A stretch of DNA of 64,000 bases from NCBI GenBank assembly GCA_963799775.1, contig CAWCYD010000003.1:1472001-1536000 (forward strand), read 5' to 3'. Origin of the DNA: an uncultured archaeon. GTDB lineage: Archaea > Thermoproteota > Nitrososphaeria > Nitrososphaerales > Gagatemarchaeaceae. Positions 42,815 through 53,514 of this stretch are shown here, one piece after another. Below the pieces are notes generated by a model that was not told where the DNA came from, did not search any database, and saw only the letters and a list, made by a program, of their open reading frames with translations. The first letter of the stretch is position 1; every line of letters starts with the position of its first letter. The translations under genes were made by a program, and so were the position numbers.

Positions 42815-43747
42815 CTATATCCCGAGTGCTAACCGCAAGCCCTTGTAGCGGTTCCTGATCGTGACCTCGGTGACGCCCGCCGCGTCGGCGATGTCCCTCT
42901 GGGTCATGTTCTCGCCCTCGAGAATGCACGCAACGTAGAGCGCCGAGGCAGAGATTCCCATCGGGTCCTTGCCTGCCGAGATGCGGGCCTGCTCTGCTCG
43001 CAGGAGGATCTCTCGCGCCCTCTTCTGGGTCTTGCCGCTCACGTTCGCCCTTGAAGCGATCTTGGACATGCACTTCATCGGGTCGACGACGGGCATTTGG
43101 ATGTCCATCTCCTTGAGTAGGAGCCTGTATGGACCTTGCGAGGTCCTTCTTCTTGATCACGCTGACTGCCGCGACGTCCTTGAGCGTCCTTGGGACTTCC
43201 CTGTCCCTGCACGCCGCGTAGAGCGACGCAGCGAGGATCGCGGTGATGGACCTGCCTCTGACGAGGTTCCTGTCCAACGCCTTTCTGTAGATGTATGCGG
43301 CCCTCTCTGTTACAGCCTCGGAGACGGAGAGCTTCTCAGAGAGCCTTCGGAGCTCGCTGAAGGCCTGCTTGAGGTTCCTGTCCTGGGACTCGTGGACCTG
43401 GCTCCTCCTGTCCCACGTCCTCATCCTCTCGACGCTCGACTTCATGGCGCCGCTCAGGGGCATGCCGGAGGCGTCCTTGTTCTCGCCGCCGATTATCGTG
43501 GCGAGGCCCATGTCGTGAATCGCGACCGAGGTCGGCAGGCCGCTCCTGCTCCTCTCGTCCTTCTCGTCGCCCGAGAATGTCCTCCACTCTGGTCCCGTCT
43601 CTACGATGTTCTCGTGGGTGACGAAACCGCAGCTAGAGCAGTAGACCTCCCCGCGGGGGCCGTCCGAAACCATCGAGGTCTTGCCGCATCGGGGGCAACG
43701 GTCAGTCGCTCCCTCGAACTTTCTCTGTCTTCCAGGGTCTCTCGCAT
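42815..43747 (-). CDS. tfb: Transcription initiation factor IIB (frameshift ~43130; start uncertain)
   Basis: CPRCG..CSSCG ribbon, GPEWR, GRSI, GKDP, TEVTIRNRY. Confidence 0.93.
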
Positions 43748-43863
43748 AGGCGCTTGATATAACAAATCACGTATCTAGGATTAATGATGTCCTGAAAATG
43801 AAACCTGTAACGGTCCTATTTAAGGAATTGAGAGGACGATTACATCTCCACCTGGTTGCATTT

Positions 43864-44403
43864 TCACGACCTCACCACCGAGTAAGGAGAGGTCTCCAGG
43901 ACGCCGTTCAGCTTCGTCGGTATCATGATTAGGGTGGCCATGCCCGTGATGAAGAAGAGGCCGCTGATGATATCAGGGAGCCCGTTCTGCAGGTTTGCAA
44001 TCACACCTGGAGTTAGTGTAAGGTAGGACATCAGGCCTAGCAAGTAGGCGCCAATTGGAATCCAGCCGTAGAGGGCGGACCATACGTCGACCACCGTGTC
44101 CCCGTCTATCCCCTGGCTGGAGAAGACCCCCACCTCGTATCTTAACGCCTCCTCGTTCGCGTCGATGAGCGCGTACACGCCCACGACGACGAAGATCGCC
44201 GGAAGCGTGGCCAAGACGACGAGGATGGCTGAAGGACCGAAACTGGGCGACGTCGTGCCCGAGGCTTCCGCCGCGACCCAGGAGGCGTTCTCGAAGAAGG
44301 TCGCCAGGTAACCGGCGAAACCCATGGCAATGCAGCTCACCAAGACGGTGGGCAGGTGAGAAGAGAGCTCGAGCCTGAGCAGTCCCTGGGGTTTCTGTGC
44401 CAT
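43864..44403 (-). CDS. Four-TM ABC permease, FtsX-like
   Basis: Hydrophobic; RYEVGVFSSQG resembles the FtsX EIG..KALG motif. Confidence 0.65.
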   Translation of the reverse strand: MAQKPQGLLRLELSSHLPTVLVSCIAMGFAGYLATFFENASWVAAEASGTTSPSFGPSAILVVLATLPAIFVVVGVYALIDANEEALRYEVGVFSSQGIDGDTVVDVWSALYGWIPIGAYLLGLMSYLTLTPGVIANLQNGLPDIISGLFFITGMATLIMIPTKLNGVLETSPYSVVRS

Positions 44404-44409
44404 TCGAGT

Positions 44410-44928
44410 CTAACCTGCCTTGCCCCTGGAACTGCTCTCGACACCCTGGTGCGAGAAGGAGAACGAGGTGACGAACCCGAGCCAGCCTATGAGCAGGATG
44501 ACGAACGCGAGAGCGAGACCGACGGGGACGAGCGCGTTGAGCCCCAGGTTCACGTCGACGAGGGCGGTGACGACAGCGGCTCCTCCTACCCAGGCGAGCG
44601 GCCCCAACGATTGGGACCGGATGAGGCTCAGGAATGCCGAAGAGAATGGCAGGCCCATCGCCCTGTAAATGTCGACGTCTGCGGCGAGCATCTGCCGAGT
44701 GATTATGAGAACCGCCCCTGCGAACACAAGACCGAGGACCGAAGCGGCGAGGGCGAGCTCTGTGGACGTCTGCTCGATGTTGGAGAGCACGGCCTCGTTC
44801 TGGGTCTGCAAGTGCTTCGGGATGGCGGCGGAGAAGAAGTGGACGGAGATCTGCGAGAGGAGCACGAGGGTGACAAAGCCCACGAAGACGAGCGAGACCG
44901 CTCTAAGGGGCCTCCGGCTACGGGCCAT
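44410..44928 (-). CDS. Four-TM ABC permease, FtsX-like
   Basis: DVDIYRAMG motif; operon with the ATPase. Confidence 0.65.
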   Translation of the reverse strand: MARSRRPLRAVSLVFVGFVTLVLLSQISVHFFSAAIPKHLQTQNEAVLSNIEQTSTELALAASVLGLVFAGAVLIITRQMLAADVDIYRAMGLPFSSAFLSLIRSQSLGPLAWVGGAAVVTALVDVNLGLNALVPVGLALAFVILLIGWLGFVTSFSFSHQGVESSSRGKAG

Positions 44929-45652
44929 TTCTCAGGATCCTCTTCCCCTCTACCTTGACGATGTCCCCGTCGTCCATGTAGACTATGCCGTCCACGCGGT
45001 CGAGGAGCCGGACGTCGTGCGTCGCGATGAGGACCGTCTTTCCCCTCTCCTTGCTCTCCTCGACAAGGATGTCCATGACCTGGGAGCCGCGCTTGTGGTC
45101 CAGGTTTCCCGTCGGCTCGTCGGCGAGGATCACCGGGGCGTCTCCGACCACGCCGCGCGCAACCGCAGCTCGCTGGAGCTCCCCTCCTGAGAGCTCCGAA
45201 GGGAGGCGGCTCGCCTTGTCCGCGAGCCCGACCCTTGTTATAGTGTCGAGGATTCTCTTCGACTTTTCTGACCCTGACATGTGCCTCGGGATGAGCGGGA
45301 CCATGACGTTCTGGAAGACGTTCAGGTGGCTGATGAGGAAGAACTGCTGGAAGATGACGCCGACCGTCTCGTTCCTGAACTTTTGCAGGTTGTCCTTCCC
45401 TAGCCCCGACGTCAGGACGCCGGCGACCCTCACGGAGCCCTCCGTGGGAAAGTCAAGGGCCGCCGCCATGTTGAGGAGGGTAGTCTTCCCGCTCCCCGAG
45501 GGACCGACTACCGCGACCACCGCTCCCTTCTCGACGCCGAACGAGACAGCGTCGAGTGCCTTCACCGTCTCCTCCTTGGTGACGTAGGCCTTTGTGACAG
45601 ATTCGAAAGAGATTGCGGCACCGCCTTGTGGGGTCGTAGCTGGCAGTGTCAA
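44918..45652 (-). CDS. ABC ATPase, LolD/MacB type
   Basis: GPSGSGKT, LSGGELQR, ADEPTGNLD, ATHD. Confidence 0.93.
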   Translation of the reverse strand: MTLPATTPQGGAAISFESVTKAYVTKEETVKALDAVSFGVEKGAVVAVVGPSGSGKTTLLNMAAALDFPTEGSVRVAGVLTSGLGKDNLQKFRNETVGVIFQQFFLISHLNVFQNVMVPLIPRHMSGSEKSKRILDTITRVGLADKASRLPSELSGGELQRAAVARGVVGDAPVILADEPTGNLDHKRGSQVMDILVEESKERGKTVLIATHDVRLLDRVDGIVYMDDGDIVKVEGKRILRNGP

Positions 45653-45757
45653 GAGATCACTTGGAGGTAGCTTTGTCGCCCGAATGATGCCTCACTTAAG
45701 CCCTTTCAGCCCGTTTTGCGAGAATCCTGTAAAGAAACAGAGCCTCCGCTTGGTTGT

Positions 45758-45799
45758 CAAAAAAGAGAAAGTGCCCTGGCGCCCCGAAGGGCTGCCAGG
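45758..45799 (-). terminator. GC hairpin plus T-tract after the TRAM gene
   Basis: cctggc-gccc-cgaa-gggc-t-gccagg; minus strand continues ctttctctttttt. Confidence 0.6.
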
Positions 45800-45820
45800 A
45801 TGGGTGTGAGCTGCCTCTGC

Positions 45821-46195
45821 TTACGCTTCTGGCTGCTCTTCGCTGCCGCCTGCAGACTCCGCTGGTGCGGCCGCTGCTGCGCCCGCGCCTGAACCTGTCA
45901 CGACCTCTCCGGTCGCGAAGCGGTCGGTGACTCGGGTGACCTTGATCCTTGCGCTCTGGCCCTGCTTTGCGCCCGCGACAAAGATAACGAAGCCATCGAT
46001 CTTTGCGATGCCCTCGCCTCGCCTGCTGGTGTCGGAGATAGTAACGTCGTACTCCTTGCCGACCTCAACTGGCTTTGGTCTGAAGGAACTTCCGAAGCCG
46101 CCACTGCTACTTCTGGCGCCTCCGCCTCCCCCGTATCCTCCGCCTCTGCTGCTGCCGTAGCCGCCCCGTCCTCCACTACGATTTCCATAACTCAT
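45821..46195 (-). CDS. TRAM-domain RNA-binding protein with Gly/Arg-rich N-terminal tail
   Basis: KPVEVGKEYDVTI..RRGEGIAKIDGFVIFV. Confidence 0.92.
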   Translation of the reverse strand: MSYGNRSGGRGGYGSSRGGGYGGGGGARSSSGGFGSSFRPKPVEVGKEYDVTISDTSRRGEGIAKIDGFVIFVAGAKQGQSARIKVTRVTDRFATGEVVTGSGAGAAAAAPAESAGGSEEQPEA

Positions 46196-46283
46196 CCTGT
46201 TTTCACGCCCCTACTGTAAGTTCCTCAGTGAGTGTCCGCCTTCGGGCAAGCTAAATAAACGTTAGCGTTCCCGAATGGGGTAG

Positions 46284-47469
46284 CAGTATCTCCGAATGAC
46301 ATAGGGTCACCTCCGTCAGGTTGCCAATGGGATTAGGAATGTGAGGAGGAGGGAGACCTTGACCTCCAATGCGATGATATGCTCTTCATCGTCGCGTCCG
46401 TCCTCTCCATTGTCGTTGCGCTCTGAAGAGTTCAGGATGCACCATGCGTTGTATAGGCATACTGCCACCGCGTAGTAGAGTAGCCTAACCGTGAAGCTCT
46501 TCGATTTCGTCCTCGGAAGGAAGATGTTGTGCTCTCTGTAGGCGGTCTCCACTCCCCAACGGGTCTTGTAACGCTTCAGCAGGCGCTTCGGCCTGCACGA
46601 CATGTTCGTGGCGAAGAGGTAGCTGATCTTCGTCTCCTCGTCGTCGACCCTGACGAGCTTGAACGGTCTGTCGCAAGGATAGGAGACAGATTGACCGTCC
46701 TTGAGGTCGATCCTCTTCGTCAGCCGGTTGGGCGTGAAATGGATTGCATACAGGTATCCGTTCTCCTGGAGCCAAGAGGGGAGCTCGAGCGATGAGAACC
46801 CTCCATCGAAGAGGAGATACCTAACCCTGATTCCCATGTTCCTTATCCGGTTGAGGGCGTCCTCGATGTAATCCAAGAGATACTCCCTGCTCTTGATGGG
46901 CGTCAGGACGATCGTGAGCCTCCTCCCATCGGCGAGGATGCTCGCGGTGAGGTACTGGTAAGCGTAGCAAGAGCCGGCCTTTGGCCTCGTCCCGTTGACC
47001 ATGTCGGTCTCATTATCGCCATAAAACATCTGGTCGTGCCAATCAAACGCAATCGGGACCGGTCTCTTCAGCAACCCCTTTCTCTTCAGCTCGCCTACCT
47101 GCTCCTCGAGGACGATGGAGACGACGCTCTGGAGCTCGTATCTCTCGATGCTCTTGAAGCGCATAAGCGCGGTGTCGGAGTTCGGTACCCCGGCTCCAAA
47201 CTTATTGGAGACGTTGCTCATTCCTTCCGCGTAGGCATTGAGTACAGACGAGTTGACAAGGAGACGGATATAGTCCGCCTTCGTGTACAAGTAGCTGGGC
47301 TTCACCTCGAAGCACAGTAGCTGGGGCAGGCATCGCATCATGACGGTATCGAAGCCTCTGGCTAGATGATTGGAGATCATAGCTGAGGCTTCGGGGTGAA
47401 GACTCCCTACGCCCCAAAATCATAACTTGTTGAGCGACGGCTAAAATCCGCACTCATTCGGAGATACTG
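46284..47469 (-). mobile_element. ISH3-family insertion sequence, 1186 bp
   Basis: Perfect 16-bp terminal inverted repeats CAGTATCTCCGAATGA (46284-46299 and 47454-47469); no target duplication. Confidence 0.9.
46316..47380 (-). CDS. DDE transposase (IS4 clan, ISH3-like)
   Basis: IAFDWH, LFDGGF, YKTRWGVETAYR, LYNAW. Confidence 0.92.
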   Translation of the reverse strand: MISNHLARGFDTVMMRCLPQLLCFEVKPSYLYTKADYIRLLVNSSVLNAYAEGMSNVSNKFGAGVPNSDTALMRFKSIERYELQSVVSIVLEEQVGELKRKGLLKRPVPIAFDWHDQMFYGDNETDMVNGTRPKAGSCYAYQYLTASILADGRRLTIVLTPIKSREYLLDYIEDALNRIRNMGIRVRYLLFDGGFSSLELPSWLQENGYLYAIHFTPNRLTKRIDLKDGQSVSYPCDRPFKLVRVDDEETKISYLFATNMSCRPKRLLKRYKTRWGVETAYREHNIFLPRTKSKSFTVRLLYYAVAVCLYNAWCILNSSERNDNGEDGRDDEEHIIALEVKVSLLLTFLIPLAT

Positions 47470-48048
47470 TTGATAGATCGTCAAACCTTGATTCATATAC
47501 TTTAGTCTGATTTCCTGCTTCTCTGTCTCTGACAACGCTGCCAAAGTGGAGGGGCCTATTCTTTTGTATCCTTTCTTGTACACTCGCCGACCGACAATAT
47601 AGGTAAAGGGAAGCTTGGCTGTTCGAAGCTTTCCGACGCGGACTCCTTCCCTAACCTCTCGATTTAGAAATTCAATAACTTGATCGCCTGTTACTTTCCC
47701 ATCGAAATATGCCAACATGATTTCCAACTCTTTCCGCTTCTTGAACAGACATCGAGTGTCCAAGACTCCTCGTGCAAACCTGATGAGCGACTCTATTGCG
47801 GCAACTTGGAACTTCACCGCCCCCATTCCGGTCGGCCTTAGCGTGCCTACTCGGAGCCCTTGGGCCTCCAAGAATACCTTGATTTGCAGGAGTTGAGGAG
47901 GCCAATTATCTGTGAACGTCACAGCCCAATGCAACGTAAACTTCCTGACCACTACGTCAAGGCTTCCATCGCCATCGAAGAAGGCCGCCACGGCGCACCA
48001 ATTGTCATAGTGGGCCGGGGTGGTTTTCTCTTCGGGGATCAGTGGCAC
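47470..48048 (-). pseudogene. LAGLIDADG-like endonuclease with a C-terminal HTH truncated by the IS
   Basis: AVAAFFDGDGSL; ...LSETEKQEIRLKYMNQGLTIYQ then runs into the IS end. Confidence 0.75.
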
Positions 48049-48174
48049 AACCTGAACAGGATTTCACCGCCGAAGAATCACGGAAGCCTACTTAACCGCC
48101 ACATTACGTCTCTGACGTGTGCCATTTCGAAGCTATCGACAGGCATTTTAAGCCGATGTTGATTCCGAGACTCT

Positions 48175-48490
48175 TGGTGGCAGGGAAGGTAGGAAGGCTA
48201 GCCGTCTTCTCGCGCTCAAACCGGCTATAGGAGTGCCAGTAACCGTCGGGTAAAGCCATCCCCTCTCTTTCCTGCGCGCCTGGGCGAGATGATCCCACGC
48301 CGGAGCAGGCGGTCGCGAGGTGCGGGCCCCTCGAAGGAGGGGTTCTGACTCTTGATCGTCGAACCGAGTGAGATCCGGGAGGGGGCAACTCTAAGGCGAC
48401 ACGGCCACGTTGCGCCGTCTACGTGAAGGATCGCTCAGGTCGCGCGATTGGGGGAGGGCGGGGTGGTGAACTCCGGCGGGTCTGCCACCA
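48175..48490 (+). ncRNA. ffs: Archaeal SRP (7S) RNA
   Basis: 316 nt; termini pair (tggtggcag/ctgccacca); long helix 5 (cctgggcga/tcgctcagg); helix 6 GAAG loop; helix 8 AGATCC-GGGA-GGGGGCA; upstream TTTTAAG. Confidence 0.85.
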
Positions 48491-48598
48491 TTTACTGGCG
48501 AACCAGGTGTTTCTCTCGCCCCATAGGCGGCTTCGTCCTAATTGCCCCTGGTGAGCCACTCGCCCACGATCGGTCGGACCATCTCCGAATCTACAAGT

Positions 48599-48967
48599 CT
48601 ACGGGTTGAAGGAGCGTAAGAACTTGACAAGTTCCACGAAGTTGGGGTTGTTGTCTGCTTTCACGAGTCTGACAACATGGTCCCTGTTATTGAAAGTCAC
48701 CTTCTTCTCAGCCTGATAGCTCGTCTCTGAGAAAGTCACCATCGCGTAATGAATCCTGCCTTTCAGACTCTCCCCTATTGTCTCCGGAGTCGGAATAAAT
48801 TCGCCCGTCACAAAGGCAATCCCGTCAACCCAATTGATTCCAGGGGCACCTGTTGCCTTTTGCGCTTCAGCCTGGGCGACCATGGATGTCAACAGCTCGG
48901 AGATTTCGACCTTTCTCACCTCGTGAACGATTATCTTGGAGTAGGGCAGATATTCTATCTCGACCAA
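48599..48967 (-). CDS. Conserved archaeal hypothetical protein
   Basis: Clean 122 aa globular ORF (IEYLPYSKIIVHE..WVDG). Confidence 0.75.
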   Translation of the reverse strand: MVEIEYLPYSKIIVHEVRKVEISELLTSMVAQAEAQKATGAPGINWVDGIAFVTGEFIPTPETIGESLKGRIHYAMVTFSETSYQAEKKVTFNNRDHVVRLVKADNNPNFVELVKFLRSFNP

Positions 48968-49154
48968 GGACGGCTAGCGATTTGTGCTTGCTTTCGCTTT
49001 CCGTATTAAGGTTGGGCCAAGGCCGGCCTCCGCGACATTCCGCCAGAATTCGGCGCGGAACTCCGCCCTGACGATGGCTTTCGATGGAAGCAGGGGCCAC
49101 TTTTCATAACAAATTTGCAGAGTTCCAAGTCAGTGGAAGGGTCTGGCTCTCAGA

Positions 49155-50252
49155 GTGCTTACCGACTTAAAGGGTCTGTCGTGGGTAATGGCCATGCTCC
49201 AGCTTGCGCTTACGTTGGTCATGGCCGCTGCGGTGGGTGACGCTGTCTCGACAGCTTTCACGACTTTCCTGACGGGGATATTCGCTTTCATCCCCAATCT
49301 CATCGGGGCCTTGATAACGCTCGTCGTCGGCTATGTGATAATCCGCGTGGTCGTGAAGGGGCTCAAAGTCGGCTTCCAGAAGGTCGACATCGACAGGCCG
49401 ATTGAAAAGACCGATGTGGGCAAGTTCTTGGAGCGCTCCGGGCGCACCTTCAGCAGCCTAATCGTCGGCGCCGTAAGGGCCGTCCTCTGGATAATCGTCG
49501 CCGTGTATACGATCAGCGTCTTGAGCATCCCTGCTCTCACCGCGTCGATGGAGGGAATACTCGCCTGGATCCCCAACCTCGTCGGGGCGGCCATCATAGT
49601 CGTCGCGGGTGCCCTGATCGCGTCGTTCGCTGGCAAGGCGATAGGCGACACTCTCTGGCAGTATGGGGTCTCGGGGGCGAGGATCCTCGGGACGGCCGTC
49701 AAGCTCCTGATCTACGCCCTGGTCTTCGACTTTGCGATGATCCAGCTCGGGTTCGGGCAGGGAATCATCTACACGGCCACCGCGGCGCTCTCCTGGGGCC
49801 TTGCAGCAGCGCTAGCGATCGGACTCGGCGTCCCCATCGCCTATTCGCTGAAGGGAGTGATGACCTCGATGGCTTCTGGGGCCACAACGATCGCGAGCAC
49901 CCTGAAGGAGGGGCAGCAGGTGACGATCGACGGGATTGAGAACGGCGGTGACCGAGGGAGGGTCTCGGGGACGATAAGGTCCGTGGGCATGTTCAACACT
50001 GTGATAGAGAACGGGAGCAACGGAGGCGCCCCGAGCTTCCTCATCCTCCCGAACAGCCTGCTCATGGACAAGCCCATCCTCGTGAGCGGGACGGAGTGCC
50101 CACAGCTCTGGGACCACAAGATGCGCGGCAGCATGGCCGACCTCGACAACAAGTTCGACGAGCATCACGGGTCAGGGGCACCGCCGAGCGACGAGTACGC
50201 GCCTGCGCCGCCTCCCAGGAACCCGGAAAAGGTCGTAGTCCAAGCCGGATGA
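49155..50252 (+). CDS. TM-helix-repeat / MscS-related membrane protein
   Basis: Two IPNL.GA repeats; MscS-like beta domain GTIRSVGMFNT..LPNS. Confidence 0.8.
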   Translation: MLTDLKGLSWVMAMLQLALTLVMAAAVGDAVSTAFTTFLTGIFAFIPNLIGALITLVVGYVIIRVVVKGLKVGFQKVDIDRPIEKTDVGKFLERSGRTFSSLIVGAVRAVLWIIVAVYTISVLSIPALTASMEGILAWIPNLVGAAIIVVAGALIASFAGKAIGDTLWQYGVSGARILGTAVKLLIYALVFDFAMIQLGFGQGIIYTATAALSWGLAAALAIGLGVPIAYSLKGVMTSMASGATTIASTLKEGQQVTIDGIENGGDRGRVSGTIRSVGMFNTVIENGSNGGAPSFLILPNSLLMDKPILVSGTECPQLWDHKMRGSMADLDNKFDEHHGSGAPPSDEYAPAPPPRNPEKVVVQAG

Positions 50253-50309
50253 GTCGCGAACTTGGCCACCAAGGCTAATTAGCAACGGCGGGCTCTTTGC
50301 CCTCTCGCG

Positions 50310-50453
50310 ATGAGGGCCGACCAGGGAGAGAGATTCGGCTGGAAGGACTACGTCGCGCTCTTCATCGCGCTTCTCCAGACGGTGGCGCTGCCCATGCTCG
50401 TCCTCATCGTGATTATCATTGTGGTCCTCGTGGGCCTGAGCCTAGTGCACTGA
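50310..50453 (+). CDS. Small membrane protein, 47 aa (not in ORF track)
   Basis: [47 protein letters not shown]; GC3-rich codons. Confidence 0.65.
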   Translation: MRADQGERFGWKDYVALFIALLQTVALPMLVLIVIIIVVLVGLSLVH

Positions 50454-51468
50454 CTCGACCGTGAGATCTCGTTGCGTCTTCTTTGAGAAGTCGATGTCGT
50501 AGAGGCACTCCGCGAACTGGCCGGGGGCGAGCTCGACCGCAGGAGGGAAGATCTCCGCGCACCTACCCGTCGCATACTTGCACCTGGTCCTGAACCGGCA
50601 CCCCGACGGGATGTTGATCGGGCTCGGGACGTCCCCCTCGAGGACGTCCAGCTGCTTCCTCTTCGCCGGGTCCGGGAGGGGCACGGATGAGAGCAGGGCC
50701 TCTGTGTAGGGGTGCCTCGGGTTCTCGAACAGGCCCTCCGTCGGCCCCACCTCCACCAGGCGGCCCAGATACATCACTCCCGTCCTGGTGCACATCTGCC
50801 TCACCACCGCGAGGTTGTGCGAGATGAAAAGATAGGTCAGGCCCAGCTCCCTCTGCAGCCCTCGGAGGAGGTTGAGAATCTGGGCCTGCACAGACACGTC
50901 CAGCGACGACGTGGGCTCGTCGAGGACCACGAACTCGGGGTTGACCGCGAGCGCCCTCGCGACGGCAATCCTCTGCCTCTGCCCCCCTGAGAACTCGTGC
51001 GGGAACCTGTCGAGGTGGTCGGGGTTCAGGCCCACGAGCCGGACGAGCTCGGCCGCGCGCTTCCTCGCCTCCTCCTTCCCCGAGACGATGTTGTGGATCT
51101 GCATGGGCTCCATGAGCGCCGACCTCACGTTCTGCCTCGGGTCCAACGAGGCGTAGGGATCCTGGAAGACCATCTGGATCTTCCTGCGGATGGGCTTGAG
51201 ACTCCCTCCCCTGAGCCTCGAGATGTCCTTCCCCTCGAAGACTATCCTCCCCTTGGTCGGCTCGACCAGCCTGACCACCGTCCTCGCGAGCGTGGTCTTC
51301 CCGCACCCGGACTCCCCCACGATGCCCAGCGTCTCCCCCCTCCTCACCGACAGAGTCACGCCGTCCACGGCCTTCACATAGCCCTGGCTCCTTCCGAGTA
51401 TGCCTCCCTTGATGGGGAACCACTTGAAGACGTCCTCCATCTTCAGGAGGTCGGAGTCCTGCATCCCG

Positions 51469-51479
<11 letters not shown>
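50442..51479 (-). CDS. oppF: Oligopeptide ABC ATPase
   Basis: [28 protein letters not shown]. Confidence 0.92.
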
Positions 51480-52583
<1,104 letters not shown>

Positions 52584-52587
<4 letters not shown>

Positions 52588-53504
52588 CTTCTCAGCCTCG
52601 GGTCGAGAATGTCCCTGAGCCCGTCGCCGAGGAGGTTGAAGCCCAGAGAGATGAGGAGTATCGTGAGCCCGGGGAAGATGATGAGCCACGGGGCCGTGAA
52701 GAAGTACTGGCTGCCGAGGCTCGCGAGGTTGCCCAGCTCTGGGAGGAGCGGGCTGGGGCTCAGGCCTATGAAGGTCAGCGCAGAGATTGTGAGTATCACG
52801 CTCCCTATGTCGAGGGTCGCCTGGACGAGGAGAGGGTAGATGGAGTTGGGGACGATGTGCCTGAAGAGGATCCGGAACCTCCCCGCCCCTATGGACTTTA
52901 GGCTCTCAACGTAGGGCTTCTCCTTCTCGCTCAGGACCTGGGACCGGACCAGCCTCACGTAAGTGGGCCACCACACGGCGATCACGGCCCCCGTGAGGAC
53001 AGGGATGGTCCTCCCGAACACCACGAGGAAGACTATCGCAAGGAGGATCCCGGGGACCGCGAGGAATATGTCCGTGACGCGGAGTATCGCCTCGTCGACT
53101 ATGCCTCCCGCGTAGGATGCCGTCGCGCCCAGGGTTATCCCGATGACGACCGCCGAGATGACGACCTCCAGGGCGATCTGCAGGTCTATCGGGATGGCGA
53201 GGATTATCATCGAGAGGAGGTTCCTCCCGTAAGAGTCGGTCCCCAGGGGGAGAGGCGAGGGGCACGTGGCGATGTTCACGTTCCCCCAGCCGAAGAGCGG
53301 GTTGTTCCAGCAGTTCTTCAGGATGGGCTGCGTTATCTGCCAGCTCGTCGGGTCCACGAGGAGGTGGGAGAGGAGAGCGATGCCGATGCTCCCCACGGAC
53401 AGGACGAGCCCCGCGAGGACGAGCTTGTTCTGCTTGAAGTGGCGCAGTGCGTACTTGATGTCCGACGCCTGTCCTTTCTCGACGGTGGGCTCGATCTCTG
53501 TCAC
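52584..53504 (-). CDS. oppC: Oligopeptide ABC permease
   Basis: LGTDSYGR, EAA loop, FNLLGDGLRD. Confidence 0.92.
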
Positions 53505-53514
53505 TCTCTCGACC

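Noticed and set aside
46316-48055. Larger composite element bounded by TCAGGTTG inverted matches and including the LAGLIDADG gene
   Set aside because: Only an 8-bp match; the perfect 16-bp repeats at 46284 and 47469 define the IS
48175-48490. RNase P RNA or protein-coding ORF 48104-48388
   Set aside because: No RNase P P4 consensus on either strand; helices 5, 6 and 8 fit SRP RNA
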